Below, one piece after another: positions 40,331 to 56,334 of a stretch of 64,000 bases of DNA. This DNA comes from the human T2T-CHM13v2.0 reference genome, Homo sapiens. The stretch lies in the NCBI RefSeq assembly GCF_009914755.1, contig NC_060928.1. One strand, written 5' to 3'. The notes under the pieces were generated by a model that had not been told where the DNA came from, searched no databases, and worked only from the letters and a program-made list of their open reading frames with translations. The position numbers and the translations under genes are program-made. Every line of letters begins with the position of its first letter. The stretch's first letter is position 1.

Positions 40331-41517
40331 CACCTGCCCCGCATCTTCCTGTTTTTCTTCCCTTTCTGGTTGGGCAGCGAGAGTTGAGAGGAGGCAGATG
40401 GCTTACATCCCAGAAATCGCTCTCCTCTTTCCATCCCTACAGAGAGGGACAGAGAGACAAAGTTCCTTGCTTCCCCCGGGGCGCTGTCCCTGTGAGCTCC
40501 CGGTGTCCTGCACACGTGGAACCCTGAGTCACCGGGCCTGTGTGTGTGCGATGGGGCTCCGTGGCCAGCCTGGCCTCCTGGGGTTCACTTTCTGCTTTCC
40601 TACCCCAACTCTTCCTGTGTGGCTTTGCTGGCCTTCCACTGAGGAGGCACGTGGGTTTGGAGGGCAGATGAGGCCCGCTGGAGAGCTGTACCCCTCAGTG
40701 AGGGCTGCCACCTTGATGGTTTTTGATGGATAATGGGGTTGACCGCTTTGTTCCTTCCACATATTTTTATGTTTGACCATTTGCTCAGCAGAGCGTGTCT
40801 TAATCATTTGATTCGTGGTGAATGAGCCCCACATGGGAGAGAGGGCGGCCTTCATTCTGAACCCATTTAGGCAGCACGGGCAGCCCTCTTCGCCGTGGGC
40901 TGCATCAGAGCCCCCCTGCCCAGTCTTGGGGTTGCTCCCGGATGCTGTCTGGGAGGCTTGCTTATGGTGACATCCTCATCTCCCCGTGCACTTTACTACA
41001 TTCAGAGCTTGGGTCACCTGGACACTGAACTCAGGTGAATTTTCTCTGAGATCCCGGGAGAAGGAGGACAGTTCTCTGGAAGGTTTTCCAGGGCGGATCA
41101 CGGAAAGGATGGGAAGGGAGAGGTCCTGGTCGCGGACACAATTACGGTGGCAGTGTAACGCCGGGAAACTTTATTGCGTGAAGTCCCTCTTACTCCCTCT
41201 ACATCCCTCTTTTACATGGACTCTGACAAAGACCAGGATACCAGAATGCAGTGGAGTGACCAAGTGTAGTGGGACCTTGGGAACAAGAGTCTGGAGCCAG
41301 GGGGCTGGAGTTTGCATCCTGGTTCTGCCCCTCCTTAGCTGGCTGACATGGCACAAGCCACTTACCCTCTCTGAACCTTACTGTCTTCAGTGGCAAATGG
41401 ATCCATCAACAGGCCCCATTGCCTGGGGTTGTTACTGCTGAGATTAAGGGAAGCTCGTCCGTAGAAGCACTTAGCGTTGTGCCTGGCACATAGTGTATGG
41501 TGGATAAATGGGACTTA

Positions 41518-41890
<373 letters not shown>

Positions 41891-43207
41891 AGACAGACAG
41901 ACAGACAGACCCACAAGTGTCTTAAACCAGAATCTCCATGTTAAAATGATTTCCGAAGGCTAAAAGGATGACATATTGATAATGAAATATTTAAAAGGCA
42001 GAAACCCCACTGAATTTCTTGGTCCACAGAGGGAAATGGGAATCACATGACCTGAAGGATGATGTAGGAACTGAACAGAAACCATCCTTGTTTCCTGAAT
42101 CTGAACATGGCACCCTCTTTTCACGGTGTCTGTATCTGCTCAGTCCAGCGGCCCCTCGAAAAGAGGGAATCTTGATTTTCAAACTTAAAATTTGGCCCAA
42201 AGCCCACTGCTGCCCACAATGCCCGCCAGACACGTTCCTCTTACCTTTTAGTTTCTATGGGAATGCTCTCTTTGAAGAACCCATGAAGCAGTGTCAGGCT
42301 GGTGTGAGGATCAGCAGCAATTTCTTTGAGGAGGAGAGCCCGTTTCATCGCTCACAGGCCATGTCTGAGTGGATCAAGAAGAACAGAGTGCCCTTTTATG
42401 AGATTTTGTCTGCGTAGACCATTAGCTTGGTAAAAATGTCAAAACCATCCTCGTTCTTTAATAGCAGATTATTTTGGACTTTTCTCTGCAAGAAGCAGCA
42501 TGGGCATTCAGATGCTTTTAAGGATAAAATGTTCTTTCTCATCATCAGGCCTGGTGCTCTGGATGGCTGAGGTTTTAATGTGACTGGATGTCCCTTGGAG
42601 TGGCTCCTAGGCTGTGCTTCTGTGGTTGGGTGGCAAGGGGTTGCTTTATTCGGTGGTGGCTAGAGGATGTTTTAGCAGGTAAATCGGGCCCCCAGGAGCC
42701 CCTGAGTGCCAAGTCCTGCTGCAGGGCATGTGTTTATGGTGGGGAGGTGGGGGGGTGGAGGGTGGAGGGTGGGGGGCATTGATTTCCTGCCAATATCAGA
42801 AGTTTCAGAGGCTTCTTGTGTATCCACAAACACCCACCCCATTGAGAAGGCCTAGAAAACCTGGCCCTCCCCAAGCCTTTACTGACCACTTGTGAATGAT
42901 CCCAGGGTGTGTCTGACCCACAGCTCCTCCTGGAGGGAGAGAAAAGTCTCTCCTAGGTATTTGGTTATCAACCTCAACCACTTGCTGAGCCTTCCTCAAG
43001 ACCAGGGACCTCGGCAGAGATTTCTGGGTTGTCAGGCAGAACCGAGCATTCGAGGGTAATAACTCTTTGGAGTCCCTGAAATCCCTGATGGATGCACCAG
43101 GTAAAAGCACCCAGGGTTGAAATCAGATGAGGAAGGTTATTGTCAGCCTGGGGCTCCTGTAGAGGTGCATCCGCGTTGCAGGGATTTTCCTTCTTGCTGA
43201 GGAGAAA

Positions 43208-43442
43208 CCTGGGTTTCTCAGCTTTGCCACAGTCACAACATTTGGGGTGAGACCATTCGTGGTGCTGGTGGTGGGGCCATCCCGTGTATTGTGGGATGGT
43301 TAGCAGCATCTCTGGTCTCCATCCTCTAGGTGCCATTGTACCCTCCCAGCTATGGCTACCCCAGGTGTCTCCAGACGGTTTCAAATGCCATGGAGCAAGG
43401 GAGTGGTACGTGAGCAAAACCACCCCAGTTGAGAGCCATTGG
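43208..43442. mobile_element. MER20 (hAT-Charlie) relic
   Basis: Pattern tttctcagctttgccac...ggatggttagcagcatctctggtctcc...gtctccagac...ccccagttgagagccattg. Confidence 0.7.
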
Positions 43443-43656
43443 TCTACACTTGTGGAAATGTTTGAGGGTGAGAGTGTCGAGCTTGGGTCCCTGCTGTACC
43501 CTTTATGAGCAACGCGGTCTTGGAAAATTAACACTACTCCAGGGGCCTCAGTTTTCTCATCTATAAAATGGAGATAAATGAGATACACTTTCATAGGAAG
43601 GTTATATGGGATTTACTGAGATAATAAGACAGTACATGGAAAATGCTGGGCATAGA

Positions 43657-43960
43657 ATTTATTTATTTTATTTTTTTTTAAGACGGAGTCTTACTCTGTT
43701 GCCCAGGCTGGAGTGCAGTGGCATGATCTCTGCTCACTGCAACCCCCACCTCCTGGGCTGAAGTGATTCTCCTGCCTCAGCCTCCCGAGTAAGTGGGATT
43801 ACAGGTACCCACCACCACACCAGGCTAATTTTTGTATTTTTAGTAGAGATGGGGTTTCACCACATTGGCCAGGCTGGTCTCAATCTCCTGACCTAAGGTG
43901 ATCTGCCTGCCTCGGCCTCCCAAGGTGCTGAGATCACAGGTGTGAGCCACCACGCTGGGC
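43657..43960 (-). mobile_element. Alu inserted in a MIR relic
   Basis: Reverse Alu; TSD gctgggcatag; MIR words cctcagttttctcatctataaaatgg just upstream. Confidence 0.9.
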
Positions 43961-45297
43961 TGGGCATAGCATTGTAACACAGACAAAGCACAAAATACTT
44001 GGGCAATATCTTTTTATGTTTGGCTTGTCTAGACTCCATCCTCCATCCCTTCATGCGCTGGTACAGTGCAGACCAGAATATCACCCACCTAGACTGCAGA
44101 GTGGATTTGGGTGGCATCTTGGCTTTCTGCACAAGATTTGCCTGTTCCCCACCACATCCCCCTGGTTCTCAGGGTCCAGGATTCCAGGAGGCAGGGATGT
44201 GGGCAGGCAGGGCAGGTGGCCCACCCAGTTCACTCCCACTCTGGGGACCTGCAGAGCCGGCTCTCCAAGACAGGGTGTTTTGACCAGCATCTGGGTTTCT
44301 GGATTTCCATTTGAGCACAGCTGGACTACACAGGCTGAAGCTCTCTCTGCTGAGATATAGATATTTCCCTGGCGATGATCTTTCAAGCTGACATGAAGAC
44401 ATGGCCACCCGCTGGAACGTGGTGTGTCTGCCGTGGTGCTCTTGTAATTTGTGAGGCAGGTTCCTGAGGAATGCAGTGCGTAAGTGGGAAATGGTGGGAA
44501 GTCCTCTCGTCCCTCGCTGGCCGAAAGTGCTGCCTGCGCAGGTTGGTGGACGGTCCTTTGAGCAGGAAGAAGACACGGAGCACATTCCTGTTAGCTATGA
44601 CAGAGAGGGGCAGGGTACACACTGGACATTTCAAGCCCCTCCAGAGAAGCAAGTCTTACTGTGCTGGGAGTACTTGTGGAGTGGGGGCTGTGTCACCCTG
44701 GGCTTTAATTATTTCAGGAACATTTAACCGCAGGGCTGGCAGGCTGGATCTTGATATGTGTTTCTCAGTTGGAAAGACTTTGGACCATAGGGAAATGTCT
44801 TCTCAATTCTTTTAGTTTCATTAAGTTGGTCATTTTTCTTCTTGTGGCCTCTGGAATGTGACACAGAACTCAACGGACAGGAAGGAGATGAGTTGGAGGC
44901 TGGGACAGGGGTCCCTGCCAGGGATGCTGGTGACTCACATGACTGTGTTGATGTGTGGGGTCCGGTGCCTGGTTTGGGGAATGTTTGTGGGATATGTTCC
45001 AAAGCACTGATGGACGTATCAGGTACTGGAGGTGAATGGTCAAGTCTGATCTCAGGGCTGGCAGTGTCAGGCAAGGACAGGAAGTTGACATTGGACTCAT
45101 TGGCTGAGGTTGCTTGGGACCCAGGGGGCAATGTGTCCCAGGACAGATGGGTCTGGGGCTAGGAAGTCAGGTTTGGGCTGGAGACTTGGGCTTGGGAGGC
45201 ATCCCAGGTAGACAGTAGTTGAGGCTGTGGAAATGACTGCGATTGCCTGGGATGAGAGTGGAGACAGACAAGATGGGGGTTTTGCTCTAAGCCTGGG

Positions 45298-45510
45298 GAA
45301 CCCACCTCCCAGATTCAAGGGATTCTCCTGCCTCAGCCTCCCAAGTAGCTGGGAATGCAGGTGCGTGTCACCATACCTGACTAACTTTTGTACTTTTAGT
45401 AGAGATGAGGTTTGGCCAGGCTGGTCTCAAACTCCTGACCTCAAGTGACCGGCCCACCTTGGCCTCCAAAGTGTGGGATTAGAGGCGTGAGCCACCATAC
45501 CATGCCTGAC
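45298..45510 (-). mobile_element. Alu, partial
   Basis: Reverse Alu lacking its tail end. Confidence 0.85.
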
Positions 45511-45685
45511 CATTTTTAAATATTAATTTTTATGAAATATTTTCAAACATTTTTACTGTACATTGGAAAAGTCAATCATGATTTGAAACCTTTATCAAAA
45601 TCCAATCAAATGTCAATTAACCATTTAATTGTGGATGAGTAAGGAGACTATTTTGACCAAAACATGTTAGAACAATTACCACTTA

Positions 45686-46046
<361 letters not shown>

Positions 46047-46109
46047 TAGAATTCTGAATTTTATTTTTAATAATTATTTTTGTAAAGAGAATGTCTTGTT
46101 TTTTGGAGT

Positions 46110-46925
46110 TGTTGAATTTATTGAATTGACAAAAATTACGTACAAGAGGGTATACAACATGATGTGATTGAATTATGTATACATTATGAAATGGCTAATC
46201 AAGCTAAATAACATATCACCTCCCAGACTTATTTTTTTGTGGTGAGAACAGTTAAAAATCTACTCTCTTAGTGATTTCCAAGTGTATGATATGTTGTTAT
46301 TAACTATAGGTACCATGTTGTCCCATGGATATCCTGAACTTATTCTTCTTCTCTAAAAATGACATTCTGTGTCCTTTGGCATCTGCCCACTTCCCCACCC
46401 TGGCAACCATCATTCTACTCTGCTTCTGTGAATTCAACTTTTTTCTTTTCTTTTTCTTTCTTTTTTTTTTGAGACAATCTCATTCTATTGCCCAGGCTGT
46501 AGTGCAGGGTTGTGATCTTGGCTCACTGCAGCCTTGACCTCCCAAGCTCAATCAATCCTCCCAACTCAGCCCCCAGAGTTTCTGGGAGTACAGGCATGCA
46601 CCACCACGCTCCACTAATTTTTGTATTTTTTTGTAGAAATGGGGTCTTGCTATGTTACGCAGGCTGGTCTCGAACTCCTGGGCTCAAGCAATCTGCCAGC
46701 CTCAGCCTCCCAAAATGCTGGGATTACAGGCATGAGCCACCATGCCTGGCCGAGTTTAACTTTTTTAGATTCCACATATAAGTGAGATCATGTGGTATTT
46801 GTTGTTCTGTGCTTGGCTTATTTCACTTAACATAATATCCTCCAGGCTCATCCATGTTGTCTCAAATGGCAGCATTTCGTTCTTTTTGAAGGCTGAATAG
46901 TATTCCATCGTGTACATACAGCACA
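46110..46925 (-). mobile_element. L1M 3' end fragment, split by an Alu (46440-46750, minus strand)
   Basis: L1 words ttttttagattccacatataagtgagatcatg and ggcttatttcacttaacataat; Alu flanked by ttcaactttttt / tttaactttttt. Confidence 0.8.
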
Positions 46926-47339
46926 TTGTTGCTGGAAGTGTAATGGAGGCCAGTTGGGGGAGGAGGGAGAAAAGATTCACTCTAAGTCTAGATGCTCCAG
47001 CACCCACCCAGGGTGTGTGCAAGGAAGTGCAGGTTGCTCCTGGTCTTGCAAACTGTGGTTTGTGAGACTCCAAAGCCCCTATCCTTCCACGATGCTCTCT
47101 GTCCTGTTATCACATTTCCTTGGAGGAGAACCCAGCCTTGGTGGAGAGCCCTGCTCTGGCTTTGTCCCTCGGCATGAGATGGCAAAGGATGGTGCTGCTG
47201 GGAGACCCTCACGTCTGCTCACTGGGGGCTGCTTGCCTTCTCCATTCCTCCTTCAAGTATCTGAGCAGCTCCTGTGTGCCAGCTGCTGGTCTACGAGATG
47301 GATGGGTCCTTGGAGATCACGCTGTAGCAGAGGAGGCAG

Positions 47340-47525
47340 GCTGTAGCCCACAGGCCAGAACCAGCCCCCTGCCTGTTCATACAAATAAAGTTTTATTGGA
47401 ACATAGCCACACCCATTTCAGTGCATATTGTCTTGTGGCTGCTTTCCTGCTACAGTGGAGAGTTGAATAGTTGGGACAGAGACCTATGGCCTGCAATGCT
47501 GAACTATTTACCATCTGGCCCTCAA
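47340..47525. mobile_element. MER58-like DNA transposon relic
   Basis: Pattern aaataaagttttattggaacatagccacaccca...tatttaccatctggccct. Confidence 0.7.
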
Positions 47526-48201
47526 GAAAAAGGAAAAAAACATGCTGATCCTTGTACCCTGACAGTCTTAGGTTAAGAGGACTTTGTACCACCCTGACGT
47601 CCCAGGCGGCCATGAGTCCAGCCACCCTTAAAATGTACACAGGTCTGGGCTAGCGTGCTTTCTGATTTTTGTATGGGGAAGAGAAAGGAGGGAGGAAATG
47701 GCAACTTGTTGCCCTGTTCTAACATTTTCCTAAGATGGGTCTCCAGGCAAGGGCTTGGGATCTCACCTTGCACAGCTTACAAAACCCAGTGAGGCCAGCT
47801 GTCTTGGCGCTGCCACTCTGAGGGATGGAGCCCCCAAATGACTAGGAAGAGAGATAAAAGAATAGTTTCTGTGAGTACAAGAACTGGCGTTATTGAAACT
47901 AACATTTCCCCCAAGTTTTACAATGTCTAGGCATACATATTTAAGTGTCTGCCTCAAAAGCTCATCCTAATAACCAGATGGTGCATTTAATTTCCTTTTT
48001 TTGTTCTCTGAGCAACATGCAGCTTCCTGCACAGCCCTCCTTGCAGGCAACTGTGCTGAGGTGACAGTCTTCCTGACAGCCAGCACAGATCCCCAGGGCC
48101 TCTGAGAGCCCTGTATTCTGGGGGAAGCTTTTCCCCCTTATATTCAGCCCCAGCTGGAAGGGGGCAAGTTACCCACAGGGCTCCTGCCTTAGCTTAGCTT
48201 A

Positions 48202-48783
<582 letters not shown>

Positions 48784-49349
48784 TTAAAGGCACAGGAGAG
48801 GAAGCTTGGATTTCCAGTTCCAAAGGACATGAAGACAAAGTCACACACCTTTATTTAACCTGCTCCAGGTGAGGCTGGGCTTTGTGCATTTTCCTTGTTT
48901 TCTTTTTCCTTGTGTTCAGGCTGTTGTAGAAACAGGTACACAGGGGCTCTGTGTAGCGCCCTGTCCTGGTGGCCTTCAGGAAGCATGGGGCGCCCTGGTT
49001 TCCTTGGCTTCGTGTTCCCCTTTCCTCCTGCCACCCCTGACTGTGCTCCCCACCTTGTCCCTCAGACCATCCTCTTGGAGGGGCCTGGCCAGGGCTTGTG
49101 TCCTTGCTAGTCTCTGGGGAGGAAGATTCTGTGGCTTGAAAGCCTATTGGCTTAAGTTGCAAGGTGTAGGTGCCTGGAAGGGCACGTGCACGGCCCTCTT
49201 GACTGATCCATTCATGTTTTTCTTTTTTGACGCTGTTCTATGTTGTCCTGATGGAGGGGTAAGCCCCTGTCTTCTGCCTTTCCTGCCTTGGACTCTTGTA
49301 ATTGGGCCAGATGAGAGGGTCTATGTGGTCTGAGAATTCAAGCAATGCA

Positions 49350-49826
49350 GGCCAGGTGTGGTGGCTCACACCTGTAATCCCAGCACTTTTGGAGGCCAAG
49401 GTGGGCAGGCCAGGAGTTCGAGACCAGGTGGCCAAAATAGTGAAACCCTGCCTCTACAAAAAATGCAAAAGTTAGCCAGGCTTGGTGGTGCGTGCCTGTA
49501 ATCCTAGTTATTTGGGAGGCTGAGGCAGGAGAATCACTTGAACCCAGAAGGAGCAGGTTGCAGTGAGGAGGAGGTTGCAGTGAGGAGGAGGTTGCAGTGA
49601 GGAGCAGGTTGCAGTGAGGAGCAGGTTGCAGTGAGGAGGAGGTTGCAGTGAGGAGGAGGTTGCAGTGAGGAGCAGGTTGCAGTGAGGAGGTGGTTGCAGT
49701 GAGGACGAGGTTGCAGTGAGGACGAGGTTGCAGTGAGCCGAGAATGTGTCCTTGGACTCCAGCCTGCGCAATAGAGTGAGACTATGTTTCAAAAAATAAA
49801 AAATAAAAAAAATAAAAAAATAAAAA
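49350..49826 (+). mobile_element. Alu with an internal minisatellite expansion
   Basis: Alu body lengthened by the 49551-49737 array. Confidence 0.92.
49551..49737 (+). repeat. 17-bp minisatellite, 11 copies (GAGSAGGTTGCAGTGAG)
   Basis: 187 bp = 11 x 17, counted directly. Confidence 0.93.
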
Positions 49827-49930
49827 ATTTATATAGAAAACAAAACATAAAACTTTCTCTTGATTTGATTTTCTTGATCTTGCTTCTCAGAGGTAACACT
49901 GGGAAGGGTTGGGGTATACCTCTCCACACC

Positions 49931-50225
49931 TTTTTCTTTGATTTCTTTTTATTTTTTATTCTACGTTCTGAGATACATGTGCAGAATGTGCAGGTTTTTT
50001 ACATAGGTGTACATGTGCCATGGTGGTTTACTGCACCTATCAACCCGTCATCTAGGTTTTAAGCCCCGCATGCATTAGATATTTGTCCTAACGCTCTCCT
50101 TCCCCTTGTCCCCTACCCCTGATGGGTCCTGGTGTGTGATATTCCCCTCCCTGTGTCCATGTGTTCTCATTGTTCAACTCCCACTTATGAGTGAGAACAC
50201 GCAGAGTTTGGTTTTCTGTTCCTGT
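49931..50225 (-). mobile_element. 5'-truncated primate L1 (L1PA) 3' end
   Basis: L1PA words gatacatgtgcagaatgtgcagg...tgttctcattgttcaactcccacttatgagtgagaac; TSD tccacacc on both sides. Confidence 0.88.
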
Positions 50226-52470
50226 CCACACCATTTCCCTCTGTGCACGCAAGCACATGTATTTGCACATAAGTGTTTATTGTAACCTTTTTAAAAAAAT
50301 AAAAATGGAATAATGCTATATTTATTCTTTGGAAAGCCTGCTTTTCAGGCAGCATGTCTTTGACATTGTCTCACGTTGGAACCTGGGAACCACCTTCTTC
50401 TCCTAGCAGTTATTCTGACGTGGGGATGCACCACGCTTCGTTTAACCAGCCCTGCACCCATACGTCTGTGGATGGTTTCCGCCTTTTCCCAGTCACAGAC
50501 GGTGTTCTGATGAATTTCCTCGCACATATCACTTGGTGCTCTGTGCGTGCATTTCTGTGAGATGTTCCTGGAGGTGGGCTGTCTAGGTCTGAGGGGGATC
50601 TGTGCTTAATTTGCATCCTGTGCAAAATTCCATCCAGTCATCCGGCTCCCCAAGGGCTCACATGGTACTGTCCTCTGTAGACATCATCTTCTGCAGATGA
50701 TGGCACGACCGCCTCTTTCTTTTACTCACACCAGTCTGCACCCTGGTGTCCTGGGGGGGTCCAGCCCCTACCCGCTTGTCTGCCCCCAGTCCCCCCAGCC
50801 CCTGCTAATAGGGACTCTGGCTTCTGAGCTTTGGCAGACTGCTTCACTCTGGAGAAGTTTGCTTTCTCAAACATTCCTGGCAATGTTACTGTAAATCCCG
50901 AGGCCTGTGTTTGCCTTCTTTGGGCCTCAGTTTTCTCATAAGTAAAATGGGGATAATGTGATGCTACTGTCTGCATCCTAGAGCTGCCGTGAGGGTTCAG
51001 TGAGATCACTGTTGAGAGCACGTTCACAGCGCCGGCCTTGTGCGCAGTCAGCACGTGTGGGGCACGGCTGTTGCTGATACGTGGCTGACTGTCATTGCTA
51101 GACTGTGGCTTTACCAGGGATGATGTCTTTAGTGCCGAGCCCAGAGCCACCCCTAGTACCTGCTGTGTTTATAGAGTGATTGAGTGGCAGGGTCAGAGAC
51201 TGGGGCAATGGCAGCAGAAACAGAGGAAAGAAGTGGGGCTTCTAATAGGTCCTGGACCAGTGGCCCTTGAGATGAAGGCTTCTTGCCAAGGTCTGGGGCT
51301 GTGCTGTGTGTTCTAGGCCCGAGACTGGAAGCTAGGCCTGGCTGCAGCCCCCGCTGAACTGGGGAAGTGCAGGTCAGCATCCTGCTTCATTAGGACACCT
51401 CCAAGCCCAGCTTAGACGTGGATGCCAGGTGACCCCCTGTTCACTCTGAGCCCAGACAGAGGACAGGGAAGTGTGCAAGGGTGGGGACCCCCATCACAGC
51501 CCTTGACTCTGTAAGGCATATTAAGGCATATGGGTTTGTGCACGTGTGTGAGCACGGCCGTGGCTTCTCTGAGTTTCAAGCTCGAGGTTGTGTTTATGCA
51601 GGGTTAGGCTTGCCAGGTAAAATACAGGACGTCCAATTAAACCTGAGTTTCTCATTAACCCTTTTTTTTTTTGGTGCAAATATATCCCATGCAATATTTG
51701 GGACCTGCTTACCCTAAAAAATGATTTGTTGTTTATCTGAAATTCAAGTTTAACTGGCATCCTGTCTTTTCACTTGCTACATATGAGAGTTCCGTGTGGG
51801 GGTTATCAGTGTGCATTTGTGAGTTCCCATGTGAAGGACTGTCTCCAAGTGTCTGTAGGTGCCAGGATGGAGATGGACAGAGAAGATCCTCTTGGGCTGC
51901 TTTAGTGGTACCTAGAGGCTGTGGGGTTGGACACTTCAGCCCCAGGGGCCTGGGCAGCACTGTCCAGCACCTGCCTGCTCCTGTCTTCTTCACGGGGGCT
52001 GACTTCCCTGCCATCTCCCTCCAAATACGGTAGCAAGAGCTATCCCATCTGCCCCCATCTGGAGCTTAGCTGCCCAGCCAGACAGGATGGCAAACAGTGT
52101 GCAGAGGACTGCAAAGTCTTCCCCAGCTCCTTCTGCAAGGGGCCTGCAGATGAAATGGAAGCCCTCATCCTCACCGCCTCCCCCTTCCAGAAAACCCAGG
52201 CAACAGCCACCTCTGAATGCTGCTTTAGAAGCTTCTCCCTCCTGGTGATTAAACCACCCCAAGGCACTGCATTTCCACCATAGGCTTGTTCACATGCACG
52301 CAGCCAATTGTCTTGGATCCACCTGTGTGTCTGATTCATCAGGGTGAGGGGTTCTCCTCTGAGGTGCTTGCAAAGATCTGCTTAATTTTCATCTGGAAGA
52401 CTCTGTAGAAATCAGGCCCAGCTTTGGAAGAAAGCCCTTTCTCCCCCTTTAGCAAATTCTGTGTCATTCT

Positions 52471-52778
<308 letters not shown>

Positions 52779-54624
52779 GGAATTCTGTGTCATTCTGGAT
52801 ACTTATCATGACTTCAAGCATCCAGAACTCTGTCCTGGGTATCCTGAGCCTGAGTGTGTATGTGTGTCCAGCTGGCTTGGAGGTTGTCTACAGGCAGGTT
52901 GAACTTGGCCTCTGAGTCCATGGCAGCCTCACATGGGAAATACCACCAAGGAGCCTCATCCTGTGCTTTTAGGAGATAGTTTCTATTTAGTCATTGCTGA
53001 ATCTGTTACAGACAGGGTCTCAATTTCTTGCAAGTCCTGTATGAGGTGGGTGCTGTGATTATCCACATGTTCACTTGTTCTCTCTGGCCTCTTTCAGGCT
53101 CCTACACTTCCTTTGCTCTTTTCCTGCCACAGGGCCTTTGCACATCCTGCTCTTTCTGCCTGGAAAGATTTTCCCTCTCCCTGCCTCTTCACCTGGTCAC
53201 GGTCTCATCTGACAGTGGAGTCACTACATCCTCAGGGACGCCTGGCCACACTGACTCAGTCAAAGCAACCCCCTGTTATCTGCTTTCATGACACCAGGTG
53301 CCTCTCTGTGGTAGACACTAGCTCAGCTATGGATTCCTATTTCTGTGCATGTCATCCTTCCCCTTCAAGACTGTGGTCACCATGAGGACCAGGGCCATAC
53401 CTGTTCCTGATTCTCATTTGTGTCTCTGGTGTTTAGTATATGCTCACCTAGAATTTGATTAATGAATGACGGCATACCCATTTTACAGATGAGAAAGTTG
53501 AGGCTCAGGAACATTATGTAACTTTCTCAGTAGTAGGTAGTGATGGTTTGAAGCCATCTGGCTGGTCGCTGGGTGCACACTCTTAACGAATTCACTATGG
53601 TTCTTCTCTCATGGTAGCTCTCCAACAGCAGGAATGAGAGACAATTTTAGGATAGGTGTAACCAGAATCCCAGGGGTTATCCTAGAAGATGGTGTCAGGA
53701 ACATGCTTGCCTATGGGCCTTCTTACTGTATGGCATAAAATACTCAGTTTTTCTGACTCACCTTTAGTAAAGACCTTAGCAATATTTGAAGCACAGTTGT
53801 CAACAGGAAAGGGTGGCTTTTTAAAAAGCAGTCTATATCATATTTATCTTGTGGTCTGCCATGCCCCCCTGATCTTCTTCAGCTTCAGTTATGCAAAATT
53901 AACACTTCTTCTCTTGACTGCCTCTCTCTTACCTGTTCAGTTTCTTTTCTGTGTTCGAGATTGCTTAGATTTTTTCCCCATTACTACAGCCTGCTTCCCA
54001 CCTGTATCCCCCAGCCAGCTTGTTCTGGATTTTGTCAACAACAGTTCCAGCGTTTAGTGAGGGCTGGACTGAAGGAAAGCCTTGGAAAAGGATGTGTGAT
54101 GAAAGGTGAAGACACCTAATGGGCAGGCAGTCATCAGGGTTAATTCAAAGGCTGGAAGAAGGGCTGACCTGGAGGACTGGAAATGTCTTTGAGCCGAAGG
54201 TCATGTGCAGGTGGAACGAAGAGGGTGAGCCTTTTGGGGTGAACTGCAAGTATTTGATAAGATCCCTGTCCCCATGGTTGGGGAAGTCTTGATAAGCATC
54301 CTCAATGTGATGGGGGGATTAAGGGACCCCTGGCTCTACCAGCCCAACATGGCAGTAACATGACCCAGCCAAGTTATTGATTATTGGTTGCCCAGCTGTC
54401 ATCAGCTCAACATCTTCTGTTAGTTATAGCTGCAATTTGCATTAGTTGTCAATGCCAGTTTTGAATTTCCTAGTCAATAAAGTGTTCTGAGAGTGGCGAC
54501 TAAGGCTGAGCACTACCCATAATCATGAGTATTACAGAGGCAAGCCCCTTGCCCACCCACCTGCAGGTGATGACACACCCTAGGAAATCACTCAATTCTT
54601 TGGAGGACCCCGAATAAATGCTCA

Positions 54625-55100
54625 AGTCCATCTGTTCATCTGTCCATCCATCCGTCCACCCCTCCTTCTATCCATCCATCCATCCATCCATCCATCCATC
54701 CAGACATGCATACATCCATCCACCCACCTACCCATCTATCCACCCACCCACCCATCTATCCACCCACCCACCCATCTATCTATCCAACCCACTCTCTTAT
54801 GCACCCAACTATCATCCACCTACCCACCCACCAACCCATCTATCCATCCACTCACCCATGCATCTATCCACCCATTCACTCAACTACCCATCTATCCACA
54901 CACCCGTCCATCCATTTATCTATCCCTCCACCCCCTCACCCACTCATCCATTTCTCCACCCACCCAGCCATCCCTTCACCGACTCAACCATCCATTCATT
55001 CATCCACCTGCCCGCCCACCCATCTTTCCATCCACCTATCTATCCACTCACCCACCTATGTATCCATCCATCTGCTTGTCCTTCTGTTCATTTATTCCAC
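54625..55100. repeat. (CCAT)n/(CCAC)n degenerate simple repeat
   Basis: Visible tetranucleotide array. Confidence 0.9.
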
Positions 55101-55991
55101 AAAGATTCGTTAATCACCTGCTAGATTCTGGGGAGGTACCTGCTCTAGTAATTGAGAAGACGGTCTCTAGAATATGATTCCCTGGGCTCAAACTGAGCTG
55201 CCTCCTAGCTAGCTGCTTGGGTAAGTTATAGAAATTGTGCTTTGATTTTCTTATCTGAAAATTGGCTATTAATATCTTCTACTCTTGCAGATGTAGTGAG
55301 GATTAAATAAGATGTCAGGTTAAAAGTGCATCATCGACACTCAATAGAAATTAGGTTTTACCATTCATTATTATTCTTGGCAGATGCTGCAGATAACGTG
55401 GAGAGCATACGAAAGACACATGTTTGAACCAATAGTGACATACGGGTGCTAAGTTCTGCAGTAGGGGAAGGGCAGAGAGCCATGGAGTGGGCCTGGCCCA
55501 ATCCTGGAGCCTCAGAAAAAATTTCCTCATTGAATTGCTGTTTTAGCTGAGACTTGTGGGATGGGTAGTAGTTGGAGATCCCAGACAGGATGTGACCGAG
55601 TTAACCATGGAAAAATGTGGTCCTGGCATCCATGGCAGAGTTGAATGATCCAGTCCTTCTCTCTCCTCTGGTTGGAAGTCCACCAGATCTGGGAATGTCA
55701 AGTTGGGGGAGGGGCTGGCAATGATCATGACCTTCGCCTGTCCTCACATGTCCTTTGTGTATCTGCAAAGCCTCTGTTCAGTCTCCTCTTCTGGAAAGTG
55801 GGATCGGAAACCACATCTGCTTCTTTCCCAGGACTGCTAGGAAGACAAGATTAGATGGCAGGTGAGAGCTCTTTGAAAATGAAAACATTCTGCTATTTGA
55901 ATGCAAAGTGTTCTTCTTTGCCTGTGATGTTTCCTAATCTGTGAACTCATACTGGACCTCGAAGCTGTCTATTAAAAAAAAATGACAAAGT

Positions 55992-56334
<343 letters not shown>

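Noticed and set aside
39104-40733. Long overlapping ORFs of 170-276 aa on both strands
   Set aside because: Expected from stop-codon scarcity in a CpG island. Only the repaired frame ending at the 39857 donor has independent support.
54618-55124. His/Pro-rich ORFs
   Set aside because: Translation of the (CCAT)n simple repeat.
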